The notes below the pieces were generated by a model. It was not told the origin of the DNA. It saw only the letters and a list, made by a program, of their open reading frames with translations, and ran no database searches. Position numbers and translations under genes: made by a program. This document shows positions 38,856-52,825 of a stretch of DNA of 64,000 bases, piece by piece. Source of the DNA: Sphagnum compactum (taxonomy: Eukaryota); the NCBI GenBank assembly GCA_965153455.1, contig OZ234493.1, positions 7,988,213 to 8,052,212 of the forward strand, given 5' to 3'. Each line of letters starts with the position of its first letter. Position 1 is the first letter of the stretch.

Positions 38856-41490
38856 ATGGCAACAAAAGAAGGAACAATGGATGCCTCAACCCCATTGCTG
38901 GATAATGCAAATGTTGTCCATGTGATGCAAGTTAGTCCATGTTATGCTCACTTTAAGGGAACAACATCTTCTTCTAGAGGTATTAGTATGAATACAACAA
39001 ATTCTATTAGTAAGGAAGAGGATCGAGTAACATCATTGTTGACTTTACATAAACAAGCCTACTTTGGGTTGCTTATAGTCACAAATCTATCCCATGGGCA
39101 TTTTTTTGGTTGTAAACAATGGAAATAATCTAGATTGTGGTCAAGTTTAACAATTGCGATGTTCCATTTTTTTCCCTCATATTGTACCTCCTACTTTGAT
39201 TGAGAAGAAGACTAACATGGGAAAATGGATAATTGCATACAACAAATCTTTTGGGACAAGTTCTATGAAGTGGCATGTTAAAGTTGAACATGCCAAATCT
39301 TCTTGCTACATATGTTGTCGAAGTTTTTACAATTGAAACCATGGGGGGTTCACAATCTATCAATGATGACGAGGTTAGGTGTATGCAATTGGCCAAAAAA
39401 CGCCCAAAAGTTGTTTTAGGTGCAATTTCATCTTTTTTTGGAAGCCAAAACCCCTTATAAAAAGCAAGATGAAATATAAAAATTGTTTTTAGAGGATTTG
39501 GTGTTGCTTACAACTAAAGGATATTTTCCTTTGAGCACTTGTGAAAACATGTGGATATCTAGATTGGTGTTGAGACTTGATCCAAAGTTAGTGTCCCCTT
39601 CTCGAAAAACATTGTCTAAAGAGATTCTTCCATCCATGGTGGATAAATGTCTAGTTTGTATGTGTGGCCTTTGCTTGATGCAACACCTACAACCACAACC
39701 AAATTTGATTTATGGATGAGTAGAAGGTAGCAAGACATTTTTGTTAATGTGATCAACTTCCAAGTTGTTAATTAGAAGCTTCAACATGTAATGATAGGAC
39801 TCTTTGAGGCTATTAACACTATAGGTGTTGAGTTAACAAAGTACTTGAAGGTGTTGTTGGAAAAGTTCAGGCTCACATCAAAGATCTTGTGTTATGTCAA
39901 AGATGAAGGAACCAATTGGGTACCATGACTACAACCTTGAAGTTAGTTATTTATTGTGAAACATTGAATTTACCTACTCCATTTGATGGAGCATGTTTTG
40001 GGCATGCAATGAATAAAATAGGTCAATATGTAATGATTAATTTTGGAACAATTTCCAACGATTTGGGAATAGTTAACATCAAGTCTACACAAGCTTCATT
40101 CCAAGCTTGCATCACATGACCGAAAAAATTTGGTAAATTGATCATCTTGATTTTGGCATTGTTTGCATTCAAAAGTATTGTTCATGTATTGTGATTTATT
40201 TATTTTTCCCATGTGCATTGTGAATTGTAGGCAAGGGGGCTAAGAAAAGGAGGCAAGCTTGTTTGGATTTTGGTTTACTTGAGCGAAAATTGGTAACTCC
40301 GGTAAAAACACTATTTGCTTCCAAAGTGGTTATGATTGAACAATGTTTAGCGTATCTAGCGGCTATCATCATGTGTTATAAGCCAATAGGATTCCATATG
40401 GACAAACCTAGACAATTGCCAAAACAATTTGTGATGCACTATCTCTTGTTATGTTTGCATGTGTGTTGAACCAACATCATGGATATTGGCTACATTCACA
40501 TGTTTTTACCATTACTATCAAGTTGTATGTCTAGCTTTCTAAGGACAAGTTGGATTTGCAAGCAAAGATTGATGTTGTAAAAGAGATGGATTTGCAAATG
40601 AAAGTGAAACAACTTGATGCTAACATGCAATTATAGGTGGCTATTGTGTTGAGGCCTTTCTTAAATTTCATGGATTTGTTCAAACTATCTAAAGCCCACA
40701 ATATGTCAGCCTTGATGTTAGATCTTCAATTTAAGGACAAAAGTTTGGTCAAGGATTATGTTGGCCATGTTTCATCCATAAAGATTGCTGCAATTTATGA
40801 TACTCAGTTTTTGTTCCCTACCATCAAAAAATTGTATCAGAAACTACATGGGCAGTCAAATGCATCCTCAAGTGTCGTGCAAGAGGTTGTGCGACATTCT
40901 AATGTTGTTTTTGAAATGGGAGTATCTAAGGAAGAAACTTGTTTGGAACAAGTGTTTTTTTAATAATCTACAACCCATAATGAATGCATTTGATTTTTTT
41001 GTTTGTAGTTCATAGATGTTAGTGGACACATTCCAATTACTATTTTTGTTCTTCATTCTATGTGAAAGTACCATTGCATCGGGAATTGTTTTGCTTTTGC
41101 ACATTTGATGTGCCTTTGGAAGAAGCAAAAGACCCCCTTCTATGGTGGTCAAAGGATGAGAAGCGGTTCCCTACAATAACATATTTAGCTAGAGCCAATC
41201 TTGGTATTCTTGGCAGTCAAGTCGAAAGAGACTATGTGTGTTCTCTATTGCATGGATTCTCACAAGCCTTCATTGATTAGGTGCAAAAAACTTGGATCTC
41301 CGTGTTCTTCTCATCAAGAACTGGCCAAATGTCCAACTAGTGGGTTTGAAAAGAAGATAGGAGTTGTAGACTTGGGTAGATTTGGTGATGTTGAAGAGGA
41401 CATCTTAGATGTCATAGATTTTTAGTTTCCCCATGAGGTTGACGGTCATGTAGAGGATCGCATCCAAGATTGGGACATGTATCCCCGAAT
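38856..41490 (+). pseudogene. hAT transposase pseudogene (BED finger, DDE core, hATC dimerisation domain), intron-containing
   Basis: MRCSIF...YNKSFGTSSMKWHV.EH; FLEDLVLL..KGYFPLS...PSRKTL; FDLWMS; YVKDEGTN; CFGHAM; intron 40133-40230 joining KKFG|KG; TPVKTLFASKV; ALMLDLQFK; DPLLWWSKDEKRFPTITYLAR..LGILGSQ. Multiple stops and frameshifts. Confidence 0.9.
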
Positions 41491-43856
41491 TTAATTCTAT
41501 GTTGTTCATGCTACACATGGAACATAACACGTAGTTGGGTTCTTTTTTGGTCTTCGAACTCTTATGCCATTATTATCACTTTATAATAGATAGTGGTCGT
41601 TGAAAGTGCATGTGTATAACCTTTCATGTGAATGCAATTGAATTTGCATCTATTTTTTTTATTTTTTTTATTTTTATTTTTGGGATTTACAGACTTTACA
41701 TGGAGTGTAAAATAAGGGTAAAAAACATGTAAATGAACCTTTTATTTTATTTTTTACACTTACATTGTTTAATATGGCATGTAAAAAAAGTGTAAGTGTG
41801 ATTCATTTACACTTGCACTGTTTTTACAGGGCAAAAACTTATTTACACAGCCTTACACTTACCTTAGATTACTCATTTGGATTTGAACTATATATACTTA
41901 CACTTATCCAGTGTATAAAAAAAAATTGAAACCCATTTACACTTACACAGAGTGTAAATCCTGAACCATATACACACACAACACTGATCCTAACAAAAGA
42001 GTACCAGCTCAAGTCACAAAGGCATCAAACTGTAAAACTGCAAACTGCAAACCATCACGACCATTTATTTATTTTTTGGCAAATTTTCACACCGTGGTAA
42101 CAAAACAAAACCGCAGTGCAAGTTGTACAAAGGTTTTAGGGAAGGAAAAAATGAGCAAAAGTTTCCACATTTGGAGGGCAAAACTCACATGTCCCATATT
42201 TAGACAGTCAGTTCTTTGGCCAGAACTAGCCAGGATTCTAAAGAAATTCTACTTTCCTGTCTGTCCTCTATCCAAATTTGGCTCATTCCTGTTGTGAATG
42301 ATCGCCAGTCCACCTACTTGTCAAAATTGAAAAAAAGAACCCTGATCACAACACTGGAATGAACCCCATTTCACAAAGAAATAGATGGAATACTGTGTTA
42401 TTGAGAATTACTTTGCACAGCCAACATACCAAAAACTCCCTGCACAGACAAATATTGGAAGTATCATACCAGACCCATTATTGAAACTCAGTTTGGACTG
42501 CCAATATTGGTAAGGACTCCCTGCACAGACAAAGGTTGGAAATATTGTATGGGGACTGTCTCCCTCCTCCTGGTGTATTCAATTCACCCTGAATAGAATT
42601 GAGTCACCTAGTCATCCAGTCTTTAAGATTAGAGATATCTTAGATCCATAATCATAAAAGCCAACAGGGAAAAGAAAAGCGGAGAACCAATTTCACCAAA
42701 TACAGAATAAAGGAGAAGTTTGGACAACATTGCCAGTCAAACCCCATGTCCAGAGACATTCAATATCAACATGTATGGTCATGACCAAGTTACCATAACA
42801 TCATCACTGACTTCATCAGCTCCAGGAAGTAGCTGTTGGACTTTCTCACTTATGTTTTGTTGAAGGGGTGAGCTGAAAAGAGAAAGGAAATGCAAATAGA
42901 TAGGAGAAAACAAAACAAAGAAAAACCAAAAAGGAACCAAACAAGGAAAGAAAAACAGAAAAGAGAATCACACAGAGAACATGAGGGCACAGTAAGCTCT
43001 CCATGCTAGATTAACAAGCTGTTCAAAAGAACCATAAAACCCATGATATACTTCCTTACAGAATAATACGACACCAGAATTGACACCTGTACAAGGTCCT
43101 GGCAACAGCTGTGTTGAAGTTGTAATGTCAGTGCCAACAATCCTGCTGGACGAAGGAATTTGCTCTTTATACCCACTATAACACTACGATCCACCATCAT
43201 CAGTATCATGTATTCCACATTTTGGTGAAATAATAGAGAACAGCCTAAAACCCTTCATCAACAGATCTCTGTTAGCATGTGTGGCACAACTTCACCATGT
43301 CAATTGACAAACATGGTTTGCACAAAGCAACTGCCAGACTGTCCATTTTCCCCTTGTAACAGCAGCAGAAGAGTAAGAATGTTGAAATGTTGCTTTCAAA
43401 TGTTTTTGAGAGGAAAGGCAGTACAGTCCCCAAAATGAACCTCTGCAAGAAAAACACTTTCTAAACTTACACCAACATTTAGCAAGATCAGACTTCTGCA
43501 TCAACTATGATATAAACTGAGAAGGCAAATAAACAAAACCAACGTAAAAGTCACCCTTGTTGTTTTCCTTCATCACACAAAAGGTCCTAATGCTGTTGCT
43601 TAATGTCAATTACAGCAAGCTGCCTAGAAATGTTTCTCCAAAGAAAAAGATACCCTGGAGTTGGGAGCTGTGGTAGGACTCAAAGGCAGCATGTTTCTAG
43701 AGATTAAAGCATGAAATATCACAAACGTTTAAACCATCTTCCATGCTGTTTTCAATTATATGACAGAGCAGAACTTGTATCAGGACACCTACCAAAATTG
43801 AAAAAACTATCAACAAGAAGCACACTAGCTACTTACTTGTCCAAACAGGAAAATAC

Positions 43857-45588
43857 TCAGAATTCACGTGCTCTGGGTGGAGGCTTGTCTCCTGCCAAGT
43901 TCACTCTTATCTGTCTCCCATCATAATCCTGTAGCAGACCACCAGTGTTACAGGATGCAACCAATCACAGCTGAACTTGATGATGAACCAAACAATTCTA
44001 TAGAGTGCAAATTCTGTATGATGAACATAAGAAAAGTAACAGAGTAAGAAGGAAGTTGCCTTACCGCTCCATCCAAATTCTGGATAGCATCATTCACTTC
44101 ATCAGCATTTGAATAGGTTACAAAACCAAACCCACGAGACCTGCCAGTTTCTCTGTCATAGATCACCCTGGCATCCAAAACCTTTCCATAGTCACTGAAC
44201 TTAGCCCGAAGACTTTCATCATCCACTGACCAAGATAGGTTGCCAACAAAAAGCTTGTTTTCACTGTCATAACCACCACCACCACCACCAAACGGCCTAT
44301 CCCGCAGAGGCCTTTCACTGGGTGGCCTTCCACCACCTCGGTTGGCCTGTGGGAAGCTAACTGTCAGAGCTCGTCCTCCCAGCACCTGCAATCAAAACCC
44401 CACCACACAAAGCTTAGTCAAGACAAGAAAGTAACTGACATAGCAACTGTATCAGTTGACATCGAATGGTTAAGATGGTGTCAGGGCAATCAAACATGTC
44501 ACTGCCTCCCCCACAGTCCGCAAATAGTGTGTACAAAACCCTATGAATGAATCACCACTTTATCATCACTTTTGACATCCGGAAACACTATGGGGGCACT
44601 TGAATTCCGTGCTTCAGTATACAGAGAACAAAAAGGTGGTGACCTAGATGCTGACTTGGATATGCTTCCATTTAGGAAAGACTCCTGTAATGGATTGTCA
44701 AGTGAAGGATACAAAATTGAAAAGAGAACCATTACAGTAACCTGTAATTAGGCTAACATTTTCCATAATTCAGTCTCAGCACAATGAGTTCAGGGTCTCC
44801 TCCAAGGACGGAAAAATAGAGCAACAGCAAAAACTTACATATCCATCTAACTTCTCTTTGGCAGCCGTGGCTTCCTCCTGTGATCCCATGGTCACAAAAC
44901 CAAACCCACGGCTTCTGGAAGTTTCTCTGTCATAAATGACCTGGAAAATGAAAACACGTCATCAGCTACATTGGTCCCCCACAAACTGGATATCCCCTGT
45001 CCCAAGGACACCATGACGTTCAGGAAAAGAATCGGCATTTCCATGCGCAGAAATACAAAAATACTACTATAGCAATTTACCTACCTCAACAAGTTCGACG
45101 TTGCCAAAGTCTTGGAAGATCTCTGCTAACTGCTGGCTGTCACACGTCCAGGGCAAGTTGCCTACGTACAGCTTGGGACCTTCCTCGAGCACAGGAGGCG
45201 GAGCGCTAGATTCATAGGGCCTGGAGCGCTGTGGACTGTCGTAAGACGATGGAGTGCTGCTACTGCGGTCATAGCCAGGTATCGAGCTCGGCAAGGTATT
45301 GAAATCTGGAAGCGGAGGCGACATAGGCATATTCTGGGTCAAATAGTCGAGGTTAATATTGTAGATACTGTCTTCCAATTCCCCAGCGCGGACCACAGTA
45401 GTAGAAACATTCTTTACAGACTTTCTCAGCTGCACAATTTTGATTCTACTAGCGAGGCCACCGAGTACTCCTCCTAGAGAAGAAGAAGACCCCCAGGAAG
45501 CGTTGTTCACCAAAACGCCCTCCGAGCGGCTCGTTAGAGAGCCAATCGTTGCACTAGACACAGCCATAGTCATCCTCGATGCAGCCAT
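43857..45588 (-). CDS. CP29: Chloroplast ribonucleoprotein (cpRNP, CP29/CP31-like) with two RRM domains, ~332 aa
   Basis: Exons 45588-45085, 44940-44839, 44385-44065 and 43928-43857 (999 nt, GT-AG). Ser-rich transit-peptide-like N-terminus. RNP2 KLYVGNLPW / [12 protein letters not shown]1 SRGFGFVT twice, Gly/Arg linker, ends [11 protein letters not shown]. The exact cpRNP subfamily is uncertain. Confidence 0.93.
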
Positions 45589-48176
45589 AGCTACAGGAGA
45601 GAAGAAAAAAAAACCCCGTCCTAAACAAACAACCACGCAAGCTCTCCAACGGAGCGCAAACGCAAGGAACACCACCAAGCGCAGGAGAGAGACACAGACA
45701 GACAGAAGGAGCTTCGGTTAGGGTTTGGATATGGTTTTCCAAGCCGTCGGATCTATCACATCAACGGGTGGGATTGCGCTAGAAAGTAAGGTGGAACGAT
45801 TAGCCAGGAATTGCTGCTGTTCGGCTTTTTCGAAAGTTACTAGCGGGTTCGGTAATAATTTTGGTGAGGTAAAAGTCTCGGGATGTGAAAATTTGTGGAT
45901 AAGCAACCTCGCGTGGGTGCATCTGAGCCACAGAATGGGCATGCGTGGTGGTGGTGTATGGGGGTTGGATGGTTATGTAGAATCCCCAAAAAAGAATTAA
46001 AAATTTAAAAAAATTGCACATCAAATATTGCATTTGTAGTTTATGTATGCTAAATTCTAATATGTACGCCTAATATATTATACATGATTTAATATATATA
46101 TATATATGGACCAAGGCAAGTATGAGTTGCAAGATTTGAAGTGTGGATGGATTATTTAGTAAGTGTGGCTTGCATTTGTTCAAGTAAGCAACTCTGACAA
46201 AATTACTTGTTGAAAATTTTATTCTTATTTTCTATGAGACCAATATAGAATCACAAGTTGGTGAATTCAAAGTGTTTAGTATCTTCAGCGTTTACTTCCA
46301 ACTTTGTTGGCCTTGCCTACTACCAAGGCAAGGATATGTGTTTAGATTCACTATAGAAGAGTATAGTAGCTTAAGGGATTTTGGCCCCTGGGTAATAATA
46401 ATAATAGGTCTATTTTTATAGGAGGATTTTTGAAAGATGATATTTTGGCTTGTGTTGAAACTTGAGATTAGTTATTATAGAGTTATAATCTCTTGAAGGA
46501 TTTTGGTTTCTTTTAGAGGATTTCTTTTTGAAGATTATATTATTGCATGGTGAAATATTTGAGTTTTCATAATTCTTCTTTTGCCTTAAGATACTTTTTA
46601 ATGTAAATGGCAAGGCCACAAGTGTGTGACACACCCCTTGTCGCAATATAAAGCATGTTTCCATGCTTCTTCCAATGCACCAATGCAATCCACATCCTTA
46701 CTCAGAATTTTGGTCAATTGTAGAGTCCACAAAGCAACCTCTCAAATTCTCCATGTATATCAAGAAATGCATTCCCACAAACCCTCAATCCTTCAACACT
46801 GACTATGGCCTTTCATGCACACGTGCCTTCATCTTCTGTCAGACACAAACACTCACATATGCACTTCACCTTTCAATTCATTTTGATCCATCTCCATTCC
46901 ACAGTACTAAACATCCATCCACCCAAAAACTCAAACTTTAAAGTGTCTCTTCACCATCTTCCGCTCTTGATCATCGTCAACATCCCGACTAATAATTTAG
47001 AATTTGAAAAGCAATTCTACAATCGTCGTATATCTGTAAAGAATTTCTGAACCAAAATTTTTTTTGAACTCTTATGTGGAATATTTTTCCTCCCCACATG
47101 TGAATAGACTATGCCATTTTTGACTTCTAAATCTTGGCAGTTTTGTATGTTTACATTATGAACCTTTGCAAAGTAGAGCACCCCCCTCTAGTTTCACACT
47201 GATAATACTGCTTAACAATCTATATTATATTCCCTTAGCAATTACATGAAGCACGGAGGACTTGTCAAATACATACTATTCAGACAATCAAGTCATTGAC
47301 ATAGATGAGAGGAACTAACATGTCATGGTGTCATAATCCTTGTGGGAGGGAGGGCATTCCATTTTGTGAAACAACCTTGAGCAAGGCAGTACTGAAATGC
47401 AAGAGTTAGATCACCCATAGAGTCATCATACGAAAATGATTGGCCCAATTATGAATACAAAATAAAGAGGCATTATGAATTGAAGTATGAATAAACCGAG
47501 CGCTGCTAAAAGAACGGACTCTAGTAATGAGGTCCTTAGATGCAGATCTTGAACTATAGCCAAAATTGACAATGAATTTGCAATTGACAGATTGAATACC
47601 CACAACTCTATAGAATCTGGTGACCTAACAAGTCTGCAATCAAGCAAAATGTTGAATGCAAAGGAGAAGATTGACCAGGAAGGAATTTCGAGTTCACAAA
47701 ATGCTCTTTAACCCTGAACTTCCCATTGAGACAAAAGATCAAGGACTCAATCCAAGGAGCCTTTAGCCATAAGAAAAGAAATTAGAGAAACACATAACAG
47801 TTGCAAGAACTTACTCTAGCATTTTTTGACAGAAGAATTTTTACCAAGTAACTGCAATCTTCTGTTATTCTGCATGTGTTTTAAAACCATCAATGGAAGA
47901 TGCCTCACCAGACAGCATGCAGGTTTACAACCTTGACCACAGAAAAACAGATGATCACCACATACTTTATCCATGCCTTTCCTCTCTCTATTATCCATAA
48001 ATGCAACCAAGGTGGGAAGTAAGCCCTTACCTCCCCAATCAAACTCTCATTCCAGCATACATCTCAGGGATACAGATAAGGATCCCTGTTATGTGCAGAC
48101 ATCAATCCTTGACTAAAGCTGAAAACACAATTCATTCCAGGAGTAACCCATCCAAATAATTCATAGGTTAGACATC

Positions 48177-51100
48177 CTATCCAGGTGATACAAGGGAAAC
48201 ACTAGGCTTCTTATCCCAAAAATTTCGGGCTTGAGGAACTTTGGCAGCATCTCTGAAACTTCCTATTGAGGCTCTTGTGTACCCCCATGCCCTGTTTTTG
48301 GTTTCCCAAGGGTGATGGGCCACTGAATCCTGGTTTGCAGCAGGATTCTCAGGTTCTTCAGTCAAATACTGCTCCCAGAAAACATCATTTGCACCAGGAA
48401 CAACAGCTGGACTGTTGATACTGGAGCTCACCTCCTCCACCTCTGTAGAGACACCAGGGCCCCTTCCATTTAAGTCTATGGATTCGATGTTGCTATCCCT
48501 TGAGTCCCTGGTTCCAGATTGAGATGACCCATTCCCTTGCTCCAAATTTTCACCACCTGTAGAAACAGTAGATATCGTTTGAGAAGAGCAACTTGAAAAT
48601 CAGAAGACTGAAACTGTGGTCTGCTGACCAAATGTGACCGGGTGTCTCTTCTTCCCATTGTCCTGCCTCCTATTCAGACATGCACACTTTCTACCCACCA
48701 TAACAGGACGCAATGTGAATACCCATTCTCCTAATGAATTGTAAGCCCATATAATCCCAACTTGGATGGGTGACTTTCCCAGTTACCACCATAGCAGCTA
48801 TCATAGGTCCCATATAACATGATCTAGTAGTAATGTGAACATGCCACTACTTGCAAGGGAGCAAGAAATCCTAGCCATTAGACTAGTGGATTCATGCTTC
48901 TAACAGATCAATTGTAACACCATACCTAGATAGAATACTTAGAATGTCAGTGCATACTGCAAACTTTGCACCTCCCAGAAAAACCCAAGAGCAAACAAAA
49001 ACCTCTGTCTGCATTATAGCAAAGAATATACTATCTTGACCTCTTTTCCAAGAATTCCATAGCCATATAACCAATTACCCAAGCATGTTAAGGGCTGAAT
49101 CTTTTTTTGGAGGAACTTGGTCAATGTGAGACATATAAATGCACCATAAAAGTAAAACTCAAAGCAACAAAGAACTAACATGAAGTGTGCAGAGATAGCA
49201 GATTCAAACATCTAGAATTCAGGCTGTAGCCCAAGCACCAACAACATGCAGGATCTCACGAATTGTCACTAAATACTATGAAGTGGCCTGCAGACTCTGG
49301 AAATATCATATTCTCTCAACACCAAAACATATTGATGGTAGGAAACTAGTGTAAAGATTCTATACCTGCTAATCTTGCAATATCACTTGTTGGTGATTGG
49401 GGAAGCTGGACAATGCCTTCATTGTTCCTCAGGTCTGTCAATGCTGGATCACTTTGCAGATTCTCAGCAAGGCCTGTTGAGAGTTCTGTAAGAGTTACAC
49501 CTGAGTGCCGATTCAATGAGTTTCCCTCAGAACCAGCTGGTGCAGAAGTATAATTTCGTAAGAGTGAATCAAGGTAGCTGTTGTCAATTGTGAGGGACAA
49601 ATCATCTGATGGATTCAAGAGCTGCATAATATGACCGACCACCTCCCTGTTGTTTTGGAGAGTGATGCTCTGATTGTCTGTGGGTGTGGAATGGCCAACA
49701 GAATCTTCAACCTCACCCTCATCTTCCTCTTTTGGAAGCCGTCTTCTTTTTCGGGCAGATGCTGCCATACATTTGTTATTCTCATTCTGTTCCACCAGGT
49801 GGACAAGAAATCCTGGAGTCTGCACTGCTTTAGCCAGGAATGCCATGATTTGCTGCTGTCTCTGCTCTGCTGCCTGCAAGCGCTCTCCCATCACCTGGAC
49901 ATGTTTCACCACAAAAAAATCAGCCTAGCTCATTCCCAACCACAATGTGCAGAGAGACAAACCTCATAAGATTGCTGTAGCCTTATGGGCACAGACTGAG
50001 CAGAGAAGTTTAAGGGAGGACAGGAAATAGCATTGTGGTCATAGAGCTGCCCACGTTGGATAGAGCAAGAGAGATTAAGAAAGGTCCAGAGGTGGGGAAT
50101 ACATGATATAGTGGCAACTCATTCCAAGATACCTTCATAGACTGATTCACATGGGCATCCAAACTTCCTTACAAAATTGTTCACAAAAGCATCACCTTGT
50201 TGTGCATAATAGACCCAACACCCCAGCAAAGCCAAGGGGTATAGGTTCAGCCCAAAAGCTTCTTCAGGCCCTGTGGCCATAGACTCACTTTTGAACAAGG
50301 GAGAGCAAGTGAGCAAGAAAAAAGAACAAAACTGCAGTTCCAAACCACTCTCACCCAAGATGCACAATGCCCAAAGTGAAATAGCTAGCCAAAGGAAAGA
50401 CACTATGAAGGCAATCCAGTTATAGAACCTGAAGCTCATGCTCTGTATTCTGTTGTTCTTGCCGCAGCCGCGCTAACTCAAGCACGAGCAAACTTTTGTC
50501 TCTCTTCAACATCTCAATCTCCTTTTCAAGTCCAAGCCTCCCCACTTCCACACAAGGTCCAAGAGCGCCATCTGCAGCAGCCTGTTGTTGTTGCTGGGAA
50601 TGTGCAGCTGGTTTTCTGCGATGGATTCCTCGCAGGAGCTCCCTCCGACCTCGCAGAAATCCCTCATTGGCAAACTCCCAGCGATCAGGATCCACTTTGC
50701 GAAACCCCTACATAACAACAACATCCCATATTTTCAAATTTTGTCTAGAGAGACATGCTGGAAGAAACTCTATAGTTAGGACTTAAATAAGGGGCTAAAC
50801 CAGTTTGGTCTTTTGCTTGACAGAAGTGCTGCTGCCTTCAACAAATCAAACTCCAGCATATCAGAAAACGATCTACAGAGTCTGAATTGAAAGGGTTCCT
50901 CTTATTCACTTGAGAGGGTCAGCATTCAAAGAAGAACATCTCATCAGGCAGGTGAGCTATCAGATCAAACGTTAAAGTGAGAAGAAAAAAGAGGATTCGT
51001 CACTTGCATATGTGTTCAGTTGGCGGACAAAACTTGAGAAATTGTTGTGCTTGAAGTATTTAGGCAAAAGATCTTGAGAGAATTCTGGGGGGTTCCAGAC

Positions 51101-51292
51101 AACGAAGCTATTGTTGCCTTTGCTCCAGGACACTATGGTTTCAGTGGCAGCATCATCAACCATGTCATAGGTCTTTGTAAGAAACGGCGGAGGTGCATTG
51201 CTCTCCATAGGTTGCGGCCCAGCAGGGGGGGAACCACCTGCTGGAAGCAGCGGGACCTCGGAATTCATCATCACGACTTGAGCAGGAACCAT
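48177..51292 (-). CDS. HSFA1: Class A (A1-like) heat-shock transcription factor, ~490 aa
   Basis: Exons 51292-51008, 50707-50429, 49894-49366 and 48556-48177 (1473 nt). [17 protein letters not shown]...[35 protein letters not shown] with the class A insertion; NLS RKRRRLP; AHA motif NDVFWEQYL. The first intron has a GC donor. Confidence 0.95.
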
Positions 51293-51939
51293 CTTCTTTC
51301 GGACCTCTTCTTTCCGTCAGGTATGTTTGCACCATTCAGCTGTTATGTTTGTTTCCCGTTTGCGAGCTCCACAGCCAAAAAAAAATTGGCTCCTCTACTT
51401 AAAGATGCCACAAAAAATGACCGCAAAAACACCATATTTCATCATCTAACACCATGTTCCCTCTCCGTCTGCAATAAAAGCTCTTAAACCCCCCAAACCG
51501 TGGAACCAGGAAATCCGGGATCGGACGCAACGGCGGTAGTAATAAGAACAACTTAACAAAAAACAACAACGAGAAATGCCGCCATTTCGGCACAACACAG
51601 GAAAAACACAAACTGCGATACAAACAGGGGTCCGTCCGCAAACCAGGAATAGTTGCAAAACACGGCGAAATTCCGACAAGTAATGGCACAGGTTCAAACT
51701 CCGAACCCTGTACCAAACAAAGTCCACAAAGGAAAGCCGCCGTACAGAGACTTCTGACACAAAACTCTTGTATTGGATTCTCTCTCGCCGTGCAGTGAAC
51801 GCCCTGCTCTCGACAATGCGAAGAGCAAAGACAGCGAGCGCGCGAGCAAGCGGAAGAGCAAGAACCGACGGCCAAGAGAGAAGACCAGGGATTTCAGCGG
51901 GCGTGGATCGGATTGCCGGGTTGGGGAAGAGGAGGACGA

Positions 51940-51961
51940 GGAACGTTCGCAAGAAGTTTCT
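51940..51961. promoter_or_regulatory. Heat-shock-element-like motif upstream of the HSF gene
   Basis: gGAAcgTTCg-ca-aGAAgtTTCt: two nGAAnnTTCn units at the upstream edge of the gene's GC-rich 5' region. Confidence 0.4.
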
Positions 51962-52019
51962 TGCTCGTCGGTTGTACGGAATTTGCTTTCGGATTCGCCA
52001 CATGACATCAGCCCCCAGT

Positions 52020-52600
52020 TTATTTATTTTTCAATTTTGTGATGTACCCAAAGTGGCGATGATCCATAGGAAGATTTAGCCAGGTTTATAAAATATGAAA
52101 GTAAAATGTTTTTCCAGCCATAATTCGACCAATTTTTAAGAAAAATCGCCAGATATTCCTATACATGGTTCAAGTAGGTAGGTAGCCAAAAATATAGAAG
52201 GATGTTTTTAAACATTTTACTTTCATATTTTAACTTGCGGCCAAATTTGGCTAAATCTTACTATGAATCATGGCCACCATGCTTTGTGGTTTTTTTTGGG
52301 AGGCCAAAGTTTTGCTTTTTTTCAAACTGAAAAATATGATTTTAACACATACAAATGATTTTTGTGGGAAAATTTTGACCCTAATTCGCCAGATTTCGAA
52401 ATATTAAAATGAAAATCGCCAGATTTCTAAAACAGGTTCCAACTTCCAGCAGGTAGCCAAAATATAAAAGGACTCTTAAATTTTACTACTTCCCAATATG
52501 TGGTCTATGGCTAAATCATATTTGGGTAAATCTATCTTCGTGTGGATGATCACCAGTTTGGCTACAGCAAAAAATTTGAAAAGGAAAAAAATTAAAAAGG
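52020..52600. repeat. Abundant dispersed short repeat family (SINE/MITE-like); copies also near 7630-7875, 21135-21330, 21655-21705, 26335-26460, 42065-42340, 53380-54230, 54770-54970 and 61270-61460
   Basis: The shared words CCAGATTT...AGGTAGCCAA(A/G)AATATAGAAGG...ACTTTCATAT...AGCCAAAT(T/C)TGGCTAAATC...GATGATC(A/G)CCA...GCTACATCACAAAA recur in both orientations. Confidence 0.8.
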
Positions 52601-52825
52601 CCCCTGAAACTTGTAGTTGGTCAACTCAAGTCAAGTATGCAATAATAAATACAATTATAATAGTGTACTAATTTAATTTTTTCTTTCTTAGAATTTTTTG
52701 AGTAAGTTATTTTACTCTTTAAAAAACCCAAAAATTTAAAAATTTAAAAATCTAACATAATTGTAGTTGATGGTCAACTCAAGCTATCCAAGTTCCAAGT
52801 TCCATCACTTTAGCCTAATATCATA

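Larger units (their letters stand above)
32465..41986 (+). mobile_element. Full-length (9.5 kb) degenerate hAT transposon with a nested CACTA-like element
   Basis: TIRs TAGTGTTGTGTGT / ACACACAACACTG. 8-bp TSD GTCCTAAC (32457-64) / ATCCTAAC (41987-94). Subterminal TTTACA repeats and an internal transposase. Confidence 0.9.

Noticed and set aside
51399-52079. Several 90-185-aa ORFs upstream of the HSF gene, possible uORFs
   Set aside because: Overlapping ORFs on both strands of a GC-rich leader, several not starting at ATG, and no conserved peptide recognised.
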